Shown here piece after piece: positions 18,335 to 27,262 of a stretch of 64,000 nt of DNA; within the stretch, counting starts at the first letter, position 1, and the number at the start of each line of letters is the position of its first letter. A program made the position numbers and the translations under genes. Source of the DNA: Ruminococcus sp. GTDB taxonomy: Bacteria; Bacillota; Clostridia; Oscillospirales; Acutalibacteraceae. The notes beneath the pieces are model-generated. The model had not been told where the DNA came from. It ran no database searches and saw only the letters and a list, made by a program, of their open reading frames with translations. Location of the stretch: positions 1,073-65,072 of the forward strand of contig JAXJTT010000183.1 of NCBI GenBank assembly GCA_036309445.1, given 5' to 3'.

Positions 18335-18812
18335 TAAAAAGAAAAAAAACAATATCAAAAAGTCCGATAAAAAGAAAGTCAGAATTTTTCCTGTGGCTGT
18401 TATTACAGTTGTTGCGATTTTATTGGTAGGCTTTTTAGGATATGTAATTTTTTCAAACACTTCTGACTCAGCAAAATTATCTGAATTGTGTAATTATCAG
18501 TGGATTTCGTCGAGTGCGGTTAATTCTAGTGGTGATGAAGTACCTATGGCTGAGGTTTATAACACAAATTATTCTTCTTATCAAGGTACTCTCAATTTCA
18601 AGGATGATTATACTTTCAGTTTGTGGCTAAGTCCCGGCTCGATTGAAGACGGTACTCATACAGGAGTTTTCGAAATTGTTGATGACTCAAAAATTGATGT
18701 GATTTTCAACGACACAACTTATACATCTTTCTATATTCACCGAGAGAATGGAGAAATTTCCTCAATCTCCATTAACTATCAGGACTATGAGGTTTTCTTC
18801 ACTAAAGCATAA
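18327..18812 (+). CDS. Membrane-anchored hypothetical protein, distant paralog of the preceding gene
   Basis: Lys-rich N-terminus, TM FPVAVITVVAILLVGFLGYVIF, C-terminal ...INYQDYEVFFTKA. 8-nt overlap with the upstream ORF. Confidence 0.55.
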   Translation: MSNKKKKNNIKKSDKKKVRIFPVAVITVVAILLVGFLGYVIFSNTSDSAKLSELCNYQWISSSAVNSSGDEVPMAEVYNTNYSSYQGTLNFKDDYTFSLWLSPGSIEDGTHTGVFEIVDDSKIDVIFNDTTYTSFYIHRENGEISSISINYQDYEVFFTKA

Positions 18813-18835
18813 AATAGTAATGTATTGTATTGTAT

Positions 18836-18873
18836 AGCTCCCCGATAATTCTTAAATGATTTATCGGGGAGCT
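18836..18873. terminator. Bidirectional terminator
   Basis: AGCTCCCCGATAA (18836-18848) / TTATCGGGGAGCT (18861-18873), 13-bp perfect stem between convergent genes. Confidence 0.75.
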
Positions 18874-18877
18874 GATT

Positions 18878-19117
18878 TTATTTATCAATTCTTTCAACAA
18901 ACCATCTGTTTTCTTCAAGAAAAACGTATCTTTCTTTTCCGAGAATACGGCAGGTGTAGCGGATACCGGCTCCGCCTGCTTTGAGTGAAGTTGCGTAACG
19001 CACATCTGTTATTTTATCTATGGGATACTTTTTGTTATCATCCCAGTATATAAATTCAGGAATAAGATTACCATCGCAATCAAATGTTGCGGTGATTTTT
19101 ACATATTGTTTTATCAT
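18878..19117 (-). CDS. Small hypothetical protein co-transcribed downstream of the Y-family polymerase
   Basis: 79 aa. Strong SD AGGAGGA. 24 nt after the polymerase stop. No family recognised. Confidence 0.6.
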   Translation of the reverse strand: MIKQYVKITATFDCDGNLIPEFIYWDDNKKYPIDKITDVRYATSLKAGGAGIRYTCRILGKERYVFLEENRWFVERIDK

Positions 19118-19141
19118 ATTAATCCTCCTGAAAATTAAATA

Positions 19142-20416
19142 TTATAAATATCCTACCGGATGTATGACGTGTTCGTCCTTAGGGTTAAATGAGGTAAGTC
19201 CTCTGTCTGACAAAAGAGAGGCAGGTCGTACAACATAGTTTCCGAAACGTTTTTTCAGAATGTCAAGTGTCTTATCAAGCTTTTCATCAGCAATTATCTT
19301 TTTTTCGTTTTCAAAAATACTTATTTGTTTTGGTATACTGTCATGCACAAAATCAGTAACACTCACACCTATGCTTCTGAGAGGAGTTTTATTATCAAAA
19401 TTCTGATAAAAAAGCTTTAATGCCTGAACTGTTATATCTTTAGTCAGATTTGTGTAAGTATTTAAAGTGTGCTGTCGGTTTATAGTACAGAGGTTTTTAT
19501 CACGCATACTGATACATACGGTTTTAGCCATAAATCCCTGTTCACGCATACGCCTGCAAACGCTGTCGCAAAGCACATATGCAACTACTTTGATATCATC
19601 TCTGTTTTCGAGATCTCTTGCTGAGGTGGTAGAATTTCCGATTGATTTAACCTCGTTGTTATCCTCGATATGAGCAACAGGTGAGGAGTCATATCCATTT
19701 GCAAAGCCATAGATTAGGTCGCCCCACTTTCCGAGATGAGTTCTGAGCAGTGAAATTGGTGCCTGAGCTATATCTCCGATTGTAAATATACCTATGTTTT
19801 CAAGTTTTTTTCTGGTCGCATTTCCCACATATAAAAGCTCCTGTGCAGGAGAATTCCATACTATTTTTTTATAATTAGAACGATTGATTTCGGTTATTGC
19901 ATCAGGTTTTTTGTAATCACTTCCGAATTTTGCAAAAATTTTATTAAAGCTGACCCCTATGCTTACTGTAATGCCGATTTCCGCCTTGATACGGCAAGAA
20001 ATCTCTTTGGCAATATCCAGACCACCCATAGTTAAATTTTCGCTTACATCAAGCCAGGATTCGTCTAAACCAAAGGGTTCTATTTTGTCGGTGTAGTCCG
20101 AGTAAATTCTTCTTACCATATCTGAATATTTCTTATAAAGACCGAGTCTTGCAGGGACTGTGATAAGGTTTTTGCACTTTGCCTTAGCCTGCCATATTGC
20201 TTCACCTGTTTTTATGCCGTATTTTTTAGCAATTTCATTTTTTGCAAGGATTATTCCGTGTCTGTTTTCTGCATCACCGCTTACTGCAACAGGATAATTT
20301 CTTATCTTAGGATTAAGCAGACATTCTACACTTGCATAAAAGCAGTTGCAATCACTGTGCAGAATAACACGGTCTTTTTTATATTTCTCTGAATTAACTG
20401 TATCACAAATTTTCAT
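19142..20416 (-). CDS. Y-family DNA polymerase (DinB/UmuC, ImpB/MucB/SamB family)
   Basis: ILHSDCNCFYASVE..., DESWLDV, little-finger region. Start uncertain (ATG 20416 or 20425; track TTG 20434 overlaps a LexA box). Confidence 0.9.
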   Translation of the reverse strand: MKICDTVNSEKYKKDRVILHSDCNCFYASVECLLNPKIRNYPVAVSGDAENRHGIILAKNEIAKKYGIKTGEAIWQAKAKCKNLITVPARLGLYKKYSDMVRRIYSDYTDKIEPFGLDESWLDVSENLTMGGLDIAKEISCRIKAEIGITVSIGVSFNKIFAKFGSDYKKPDAITEINRSNYKKIVWNSPAQELLYVGNATRKKLENIGIFTIGDIAQAPISLLRTHLGKWGDLIYGFANGYDSSPVAHIEDNNEVKSIGNSTTSARDLENRDDIKVVAYVLCDSVCRRMREQGFMAKTVCISMRDKNLCTINRQHTLNTYTNLTKDITVQALKLFYQNFDNKTPLRSIGVSVTDFVHDSIPKQISIFENEKKIIADEKLDKTLDILKKRFGNYVVRPASLLSDRGLTSFNPKDEHVIHPVGYL

Positions 20417-20427
20417 AGCAATCATCT

Positions 20428-20475
20428 CGAACAAATGTTTTATTTTATTATAGAACAGATGTTCTATAAAGTCAA
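20428..20475 (-). promoter_or_regulatory. SOS-type promoter with two LexA (Cheo) boxes
   Basis: Minus strand reads TTGACT (20475-20470), 17 nt, TATAAT (20452-20447). Spacer contains GAACATCTGTTC (palindrome TAGAACAGATGTTCTA, 20451-20466). Second box CGAACAAATGTTT at 20428-20440 lies just upstream of the ATG. Confidence 0.75.
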
Positions 20476-20591
20476 TCGGTTTTGAAAAGATTTTTGAAAA
20501 AACGAGTTCTGAATTAAAATAAATGTTTTAGTAATATTTTTGTAATCTTATCGCAAAAAATGTAATAAAATCAACTTTTAACATAACTAAC

Positions 20592-20653
20592 ATTTTTCCA
20601 CATGCGAAAAATGCAGTTTCAACACAAGTCACAATTTTCCACATATGAAAAAT
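20592..20653. promoter_or_regulatory. Two copies of a 21-bp near-palindromic repeat containing TTTTCCACA (DnaA-box-like)
   Basis: ATTTTTCCACATGCGAAAAAT (20592-20612) and AATTTTCCACATATGAAAAAT (20633-20653), 41 bp apart. Arms ATTTTTC/GAAAAAT. Third weaker GTATGCACA at 20673-20681. Confidence 0.4.
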
Positions 20654-20872
20654 AAGAAGTAAAAAGTAGCAAGTATGCACATATTAAAGTGTATGTAGTT
20701 GTTGAAAATCAATAAAAATAAAACACTTGCAACTTTTTCTTCTAAAAAATTTCATTTTTTTAAAAATATTTACAAAAAAGACTTGTTTTTTTTCTAATAA
20801 AGTAATATAATAGAGCTACAATGTTTTTAAAGAATTTTAAAAAAGAATTAAAACGATTTGGAGAGAATAAAA

Positions 20873-21133
20873 ATGAGACTGCGTAAACAGGATTTGGGAG
20901 ATAGAAACTTAATCGGACATAGAGTAGAAAGTGTCAGAAAGCAAAAGGGAATGAAGCAAAAAGAGCTTCTTGCACAGCTTCAGGTAAGCGGTGTTGATAT
21001 GAACGCTTCAGGACTTTCTAAACTTGAAGGTCAGATAAGATTTGTAACTGATGTTGAGCTTGTAGCTCTTGCGGATATTCTTGAAGTATCAGTTGATTAT
21101 CTTCTCGGCAGAGATGACAAAATCAAAAACTGA
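20873..21133 (+). CDS. XRE-family helix-turn-helix transcriptional regulator
   Basis: ATG 20873 after GGAGAG. HTH_3 pattern GHRVESVRKQKGMKQKELLAQLQVSGVDMNASGLSKLEGQ. Confidence 0.8.
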   Translation: MRLRKQDLGDRNLIGHRVESVRKQKGMKQKELLAQLQVSGVDMNASGLSKLEGQIRFVTDVELVALADILEVSVDYLLGRDDKIKN

Positions 21134-21173
21134 TTTTATATAAATAAAACAGCTTATTATTACCTACCATATA

Positions 21174-21209
21174 AAACAAGGGGCTTCATTTAATTGAAGC
21201 TCCTTGTTT
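21174..21209 (+). terminator. Terminator after the XRE gene
   Basis: AAACAAGGGGCTTCA / TGAAGCTCCTTGTTT hairpin. Confidence 0.6.
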
Positions 21210-21230
21210 GCGTTTATAATGCTTTGTCTT

Positions 21231-21265
21231 AACAAAAATCCCCGTTACTTTTGTCAGTAACGGGG
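21231..21265 (-). terminator. Terminator after hppA
   Basis: CCCCGTTACT / AGTAACGGGG stem. T-run on the minus strand (complement of AACAAAAAT). Confidence 0.7.
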
Positions 21266-21288
21266 AAATGTTTAAATGATAAAGTTAA

Positions 21289-23325
21289 TTAAAAATGAAG
21301 TAAAGCACCAATTTCAACCATTGCCGGGGCAAATACAAGAGATACGATAGTCATAAGCTTGATAAGAATATTGATAGATGGACCGGATGTATCTTTGAAC
21401 GGATCGCCTACAGTATCACCTACAACAGCCGCTTTATGAGCATCACTGCCTTTTCCGCCGTCTTTAAGACTTTCGATGTATTTCTTGGCATTGTCCCATG
21501 CACCGCCTGAGTTAGCCATAAATATAGCCATCATAACGCCTGTAACAAGAGCACCTGCAAGCATACCGCCGAGAGTTTCAACACCGAGAAGGAAGCCGAT
21601 AAGTAACGGAGCAACTACTGCAAGCACACCTGGGATAACCATTTCTTTGAGTGCGGCTTTAGTAGAAATTGAAACGCATTTTTCATAGTCAGGCTTGTCC
21701 TTACCCTCAAGAATACCTTTCTTTTCTCTGAACTGTCTTCTTACTTCTTCAATCATACTGTTAGCGGCTTTACCGACAGAACTCATTGTAAATGCAGAGA
21801 AAATAAACGGAAGCATACCGCCGATAAATAAACCGCTTACAACCTGAGGTGAAAGAATATTTATGCCGCCTGTAAGGTTAGCAGTCTGGGCAAATGATGC
21901 AAATAATGCAAGAGCAGTAAGAGCAGCTGAGCCGATAGCAAAGCCTTTGCCGATAGCGGCAGTAGTGTTGCCTACAGCATCGAGTTTATCTGTTATATTA
22001 CGTACATTTTTATCAAGACCACTCATCTCGGCAATACCGCCTGCGTTGTCAGCAATAGGACCGTAAGCATCAACCGCAACGGTTATACCTGTGGTTGAAA
22101 GCATACCTACAGCCGCAAGAGCAATACCGTAAAGACCGTCAAAAATCATATAAGATGCAAGAATACCAATTGCAATTACAATAATAGGAATTGCTGTTGA
22201 TTTCATACCAACGCTTAAACCGCTTATAATGTTGGTAGCAGAACCTGTTTTTGAACTTTCTGCAATTTCTTTTACTGATTTGTATTTTTCTGAGGTATAA
22301 ATTTCAGTTATTTCACCTATGATAATTCCTATAATAAGACCGATAACAACACAGAAGAATGCTGTGAAATCATCAAAAATCCAGTAGCTCAAAACGGCAG
22401 AACCTGCGATTACAAGAGCTTCGCTGAGATATTCACCTCTTTTAAGAGCTTTTTGCGGGTCGCTGTTTTCTTTACCTTTTACAAAGAAAGTAGCAATAAC
22501 TGAACCTATGATGCCTATTGCACAAAGCAGGAGAGGGAAGACAGCACCGCTGAATCCGAGTGAAGATGTTGCATAAGCAAGAGTAATTGCAGATACGACA
22601 GAGCCGACATAACTTTCAAAAAGGTCGGCTCCCATACCGGCAACGTCACCTACGTTATCACCAACATTATCGGCAATAACAGCCGGATTTCTAGGGTCAT
22701 CTTCAGGGATACCTGCTTCAACTTTACCTACAAGGTCAGCACCTACGTCAGCTGCTTTAGTGTATATGCCACCGCCTACTCTTGCAAACAGAGCAATAGA
22801 GGAAGCACCAAGGCTGAAACCTGTAAGTATATTTATCATATCAGCATCAGAGCCTACTAAATTGAAGTTAGCTACAAGCCAGAAAAAAATGGCTCCGAGA
22901 CCAATTACACCAAGACCAACAACAGAAAGACCCATAACAGCACCACCGTTAAAAGCGATGTTGAGTGCCTTATTCATACCGTGTTCTTTTGCGGCATTTG
23001 CTGTTCTGACATTAGCTTTAGTTGCAACTGTCATACCAAAATAACCTGCAAAGGTTGAAAATAACGCACCTATTATAAAGCAAAGTGCAGTAAGCCAACC
23101 GTTTGGTAGTAAAAATCCGATAAGTATTGAAAGTACAGCTACAAAAATAACGAGAACTTTGTATTCTGCAAAAAGGAAAGCCTTAGCACCTTTTGCGATT
23201 GCATCGGAAATTTCCTTCATTTTTTCTGTTCCCGAGCTTTGAGAGCTTATTTTTTTAGCTTTGATAAAAGCAGTCAGCAAAGCGATCAATCCTGTTATGG
23301 GAACTATGGACAGAAGATAGGTCAT
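21289..23325 (-). CDS. hppA: Membrane-bound ion-translocating pyrophosphatase
   Basis: [62 protein letters not shown] motifs. ATG 23325 after GGAGG. Confidence 0.95.
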   Translation of the reverse strand: MTYLLSIVPITGLIALLTAFIKAKKISSQSSGTEKMKEISDAIAKGAKAFLFAEYKVLVIFVAVLSILIGFLLPNGWLTALCFIIGALFSTFAGYFGMTVATKANVRTANAAKEHGMNKALNIAFNGGAVMGLSVVGLGVIGLGAIFFWLVANFNLVGSDADMINILTGFSLGASSIALFARVGGGIYTKAADVGADLVGKVEAGIPEDDPRNPAVIADNVGDNVGDVAGMGADLFESYVGSVVSAITLAYATSSLGFSGAVFPLLLCAIGIIGSVIATFFVKGKENSDPQKALKRGEYLSEALVIAGSAVLSYWIFDDFTAFFCVVIGLIIGIIIGEITEIYTSEKYKSVKEIAESSKTGSATNIISGLSVGMKSTAIPIIVIAIGILASYMIFDGLYGIALAAVGMLSTTGITVAVDAYGPIADNAGGIAEMSGLDKNVRNITDKLDAVGNTTAAIGKGFAIGSAALTALALFASFAQTANLTGGINILSPQVVSGLFIGGMLPFIFSAFTMSSVGKAANSMIEEVRRQFREKKGILEGKDKPDYEKCVSISTKAALKEMVIPGVLAVVAPLLIGFLLGVETLGGMLAGALVTGVMMAIFMANSGGAWDNAKKYIESLKDGGKGSDAHKAAVVGDTVGDPFKDTSGPSINILIKLMTIVSLVFAPAMVEIGALLHF

Positions 23326-23530
23326 AGTGACACCTCCGAAGTATAATAAATACATTTTAGCACTATCTTTTGTCTAAATCAACAAATATTTCAAAAATTT
23401 AATATATTAGTTGTTGAGAAAGGTCAAATTACTATCGATTTTTTTCTGTAATAGTTTTATAATAAAATAAAAGTGTGTTTATAAGATAAATATTCAGATA
23501 GTTGCAAGTGATGAATTGGAGTGTGTAAAA

Positions 23531-24475
23531 ATGAAATTTATAAAAGGATTTATTGCATTGTATAACACGATAATGAAAAAATATGATCCTATAATAAGTA
23601 AATGTGTCTATGATAATGTTTTTGCAATTGCAGGACAGTCGGCTTTTTTTATTTTGCTGTCTTCAGTACCTCTTGCGGCATTCTTTGTTTCACTTTTACA
23701 AAGCCTCCACATATCGCCGGATTTAATAGAGCTTACGTTAACAACCATTTTTGCTGAAAATGTAGTTGATTTTATAAAAGGATTTCTTTCTGAGACCTAT
23801 AACAATACAGCAGGAATTTCGTTTATTACTATAATAATAACATTATGGTCAGCGGCACAGGGAATACATGCTATCACAAACGGGCTTAATCGGGTTTATA
23901 ATGCATATGAAGACAGAAATTGGTTTCTGCTCAGACTCAGGGCGATGTTATATACCATATTGCTTTTTGTTCTTATTTTAGGTTCCTTTATTGTAATCGG
24001 ACTTGGGTCTTATATTGATGAATTACTTTCTCCTGTGCTTTCCTATATGCCTGATATCATAGCTACAATTTTCCATATGCGTTTTGTTTTGCTTTTTATC
24101 ATTTTTACTGTAACTTTTGCATTGATATACAGAAATTTTCCTTGTATTTCAAAAGAAGAGCATAAGGAATATAAATTCAAATATCAGTTACCCGGTGCTT
24201 TACTTTGTACTGTTTCATGGTATGTGCTTTCTTTTGGTATTTCAGTTTATGTAGAAAGTTTTAACGGTTTTTCTATCTATGGTGTAATTACAGGTCTTGC
24301 AATTGTGATGATATTGCTTTACTTTTTTATGATGAGTCTTATGATATGTGCTGAAATAAACTATGTATATCACGATAAAATAAAGAGTTTTCGTTTTAGA
24401 AAAGCAATAACTTCTGCGAGAAAAACTATTTTGCGTAGATTTAGTAAAAATAATGCATCAGAGGTTAAGAAGTAA
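23531..24475 (+). CDS. YihY/BrkB (virulence factor BrkB) family membrane protein
   Basis: About 314 aa, 6 TM, pattern AGQSAFFILLSSVPL...WSAAQGIHAI typical of the YihY family. Confidence 0.7.
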   Translation: MKFIKGFIALYNTIMKKYDPIISKCVYDNVFAIAGQSAFFILLSSVPLAAFFVSLLQSLHISPDLIELTLTTIFAENVVDFIKGFLSETYNNTAGISFITIIITLWSAAQGIHAITNGLNRVYNAYEDRNWFLLRLRAMLYTILLFVLILGSFIVIGLGSYIDELLSPVLSYMPDIIATIFHMRFVLLFIIFTVTFALIYRNFPCISKEEHKEYKFKYQLPGALLCTVSWYVLSFGISVYVESFNGFSIYGVITGLAIVMILLYFFMMSLMICAEINYVYHDKIKSFRFRKAITSARKTILRRFSKNNASEVKK

Positions 24476-24524
24476 CATTATTTTCTATTTATCAATACTT
24501 CACTTTTTAAGTAAATTTATATAT

Positions 24525-24570
24525 AAACACCTCTCAACCAGATATACTAATTATATCGTGGGAGGTGTTT
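24525..24570 (+). promoter_or_regulatory. Imperfect long hairpin whose 3' arm contains the SD of the next gene
   Basis: AAACACCTC (24525-24533) pairs with GAGGTGTTT (24562-24570). Inner GATATA/TATATC stem. GGAGGTG is the SD for ATG 24577. Confidence 0.45.
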
Positions 24571-24576
24571 ATATTT

Positions 24577-25299
24577 ATGAAAAAAATAACAATAATTTTC
24601 CTTGCTTTTCTGCTTTCTCTATCTTCGGTTATAAGTGTAAACGCGAAAGAAGATAAAGATATAAACTTGTTTTCTGTTGAAACAGTCAATAAATATTGCG
24701 AACTTATAAACGGCTGTTCATATGCGGCTTTAAGAAGATATGACGATAATGAACCTATAGATGCAGTTGTTTATTCAGGGCTTGATATAACCGACCCTAA
24801 AATACTGTTTAATGCAGGAGTATTCTATGTTTCAAACGGAGTGGATTTTTCAAAACTTACTTCTGATACTGCATACTCTACAAACCTTGCAAAAAAATTT
24901 GACAAGCATCTTAAAGAAAAAGGTATTTTAAATACAAAGGCTCAAAAATTTTATAAATGTTATAGTGATAGCTTTAAAGAAAGTGTAAAACTTAAATTTG
25001 ATACATTGGGTGCATATACATTTAAAGCAAAAAAACAGGATATTGAAAAAATGCTTGCTGATGAAAATACAGATTTTGTTATTGCAGGTTCAGAATTTAT
25101 GCTGAAAAAAGGCGATCTTAATTCCGACGGAAATTTGGATAAGAAAGATGTGAGAATTTTAAATAATGTGATTTCTAAAAAATATTCTTATCTTAATTCT
25201 TTGGAAGAAAAATTTATAGAGTATTCATCAGATTATAATGAAGATGAATATTCAGATGTTAATGATGTTACGGCATTACAGATTAGCATTAAAAGATAA
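24577..25299 (+). CDS. Secreted protein of unknown function with C-terminal dockerin
   Basis: Signal peptide MKKITIIFLAFLLSLSSVISVNA. Dockerin repeats GDLNSDGNLDKKDVRILNNVI and DYNEDEYSDVNDVTALQISI. Confidence 0.7.
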   Translation: MKKITIIFLAFLLSLSSVISVNAKEDKDINLFSVETVNKYCELINGCSYAALRRYDDNEPIDAVVYSGLDITDPKILFNAGVFYVSNGVDFSKLTSDTAYSTNLAKKFDKHLKEKGILNTKAQKFYKCYSDSFKESVKLKFDTLGAYTFKAKKQDIEKMLADENTDFVIAGSEFMLKKGDLNSDGNLDKKDVRILNNVISKKYSYLNSLEEKFIEYSSDYNEDEYSDVNDVTALQISIKR

Positions 25300-25512
25300 A
25301 AGTTTCAAAAGCGGTTTTGTCAATATGGCAGAGCCGTTTTATGTACATATTGGATAAAATTCTTATTGACTATTTGGTAAATAAAACTTATAATAATTTT
25401 AAAAGGAACGATTTTCTTTGAATGTTTTTTAGATGATTGATTACATAAATATGATAAGAGCGTAAGGCTTTCATTGGAAACAGTTTCTGAAAACAGATGA
25501 AGGAGTACAGAT

Positions 25513-27261
25513 ATGCTGAAAACTTTAAGCAAACAGATTAAGGGGTTTGAAAAAGACTCTATTATTACACCGATTTGTATGATTTTAGAAGTATTGTTTG
25601 AGACCTTTATTCCTTTTTTGATGGCTTCAATAATTGATGATGGTATTCAAAAAAAGGATATGAACCACATTTTATTTGTAGGTGGAATTATGGTTCTGTG
25701 TGCAATCGGTGGTCTTGTAACAGGTTTTCTTGGCGGTAAACATGGTGCCAGAGCGTCAACAGGTTTTGCAAGAAATTTAAGAAGAACTATGTTTGAAAAT
25801 ATACAGACTTTTTCATTTGCTAATATCGACAAATACTCAACTGCAGGTCTTGTAACAAGACTCACAACAGATGTTACAAACCTCCAGATGGCATATCAGA
25901 TGATACTCAGAATGTGCGTCAGAGCACCGATAAGCCTTATCTGTGCGATGGCTATGTCATTTTTTATAAACGCTAAGCTTGCTTGTGTATACCTTGTGGC
26001 GATTGTTTTTCTTGGAACAGTGCTTGTTATACTTATGAAAACTACTATGAAATATTTTAAGCAGGTTTTTGAAAGATACGATGACCTTAACGCAAGTGTG
26101 CAGGAAAACGTAACAGGTATCCGTGTTGTAAAATCATTTGTAAGAGAAGAACATGAGGTAAGTAAATTTACAAAGGCTGCTCAGAATCTCTATAAGCTTT
26201 TTATTAAGGCTGAAAACGGAATAGTTACCGTAACACCGATTATGCAGCTTACTGTTTACGCTTGTATTATTTCCATAAGCTGGATAGGTGCTAATATGAT
26301 TGTAGGCTCTGAGCTTACAACAGGCGAGCTTACAAGTATGCTCACATATTGTATGAATATACTTATGTCTTTGATGATGCTTGGCGTTGTATTCGTTATG
26401 ATTACAATGAGTTCTGCAAGTGCTCAGCGTATAACAGAAGTGCTTGATGAAAAAAGCAGCCTTACAAACTGCGAAAATCCTGTATTTGATGTTAAAGATG
26501 GTAGCATTGAATTTAAAGATGTTTATTTCAGCTATGACGAAACAGGTGAGGAGCCTGTTCTTTCAAATATTAACCTCAGTATAAAATCAGGTGAAACAAT
26601 AGGTATTATTGGTGGTACAGGAAGCTCAAAAACAAGCCTTATAAACCTTATCGGCAGACTTTATGATACCAGCAAGGGCGAAGTTCTTGTAGGCGGCAGA
26701 AATGTCCGTGAATACGACCTTGAAAAGCTTCGTGATGAAGTTTCTGTTGTTTTGCAGGCTAATGTGCTTTTCAGCGGAACAATTCTTGAAAACCTCCGTT
26801 GGGGCGACAAGAACGCAACTGAAGAAGATTGTATAAAAGCGTGCAAGCTTGCCTGTGCAGATGATTTTATTCAGTCGTTCCCTGATAAATACAATACTCA
26901 TATTGAGCAGGGTGGTACAAACGTATCGGGTGGTCAGAAACAGAGACTGTGTATTGCAAGAGCACTACTTAAAAAGCCTAAAATCCTTATTCTTGATGAC
27001 TCAACAAGTGCTGTTGATACAGCAACTGATGCAAGAATCCGTAAAGCTTTTGCTGAAGAAATCCCGAATACTACAAAGCTGATTATTTCTCAGCGTATTT
27101 CAAGTGTGCAGAATGCCGACAGAATTGTAGTTCTTGATAATGGCAAAATCAGCGGTGTAGGCACACACGAAGAACTTTTAAATTCAAATAAGATTTACTC
27201 AGATGTATACGAAGCCCAGATAAAGGGAAGCGGAGATTTTGATGCGAAAGGAGAAATGTGA
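25513..27261 (+). CDS. ABC exporter, fused permease/ATPase (subunit 1 of a heterodimer)
   Basis: 6-TM domain plus NBD: GGTGSSKTS Walker A, VSGGQKQRL signature, ILILDDSTSAVD Walker B. Confidence 0.9.
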   Translation: MLKTLSKQIKGFEKDSIITPICMILEVLFETFIPFLMASIIDDGIQKKDMNHILFVGGIMVLCAIGGLVTGFLGGKHGARASTGFARNLRRTMFENIQTFSFANIDKYSTAGLVTRLTTDVTNLQMAYQMILRMCVRAPISLICAMAMSFFINAKLACVYLVAIVFLGTVLVILMKTTMKYFKQVFERYDDLNASVQENVTGIRVVKSFVREEHEVSKFTKAAQNLYKLFIKAENGIVTVTPIMQLTVYACIISISWIGANMIVGSELTTGELTSMLTYCMNILMSLMMLGVVFVMITMSSASAQRITEVLDEKSSLTNCENPVFDVKDGSIEFKDVYFSYDETGEEPVLSNINLSIKSGETIGIIGGTGSSKTSLINLIGRLYDTSKGEVLVGGRNVREYDLEKLRDEVSVVLQANVLFSGTILENLRWGDKNATEEDCIKACKLACADDFIQSFPDKYNTHIEQGGTNVSGGQKQRLCIARALLKKPKILILDDSTSAVDTATDARIRKAFAEEIPNTTKLIISQRISSVQNADRIVVLDNGKISGVGTHEELLNSNKIYSDVYEAQIKGSGDFDAKGEM

Positions 27262-27262
27262 T

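Noticed and set aside
20603-20656. 17-aa ORF (MRKMQFQHKSQFSTYEK) spanning the two 21-bp repeats, and a 39-aa minus-strand ORF in the same place
   Set aside because: There is no SD for either. Start and stop codons arise from the repeat sequence itself.
20435-20872. Possible replication origin (AT-rich region with DnaA-like boxes)
   Set aside because: There are only two good boxes and one weak one, all in one orientation. No dnaA/dnaN or rpmH neighbourhood is present, and I see no clear DUE-type AT 13-mer array. It is kept only as a DnaA-box-cluster/operator hypothesis.
25320-25532. 70-aa minus-strand ORF filling the dockerin/ABC intergenic region
   Set aside because: Its start overlaps the ABC gene start, it has no SD, and the region contains a good plus-strand promoter (TTGACT-17-TATAAT, about 25365-25393) for the ABC operon.
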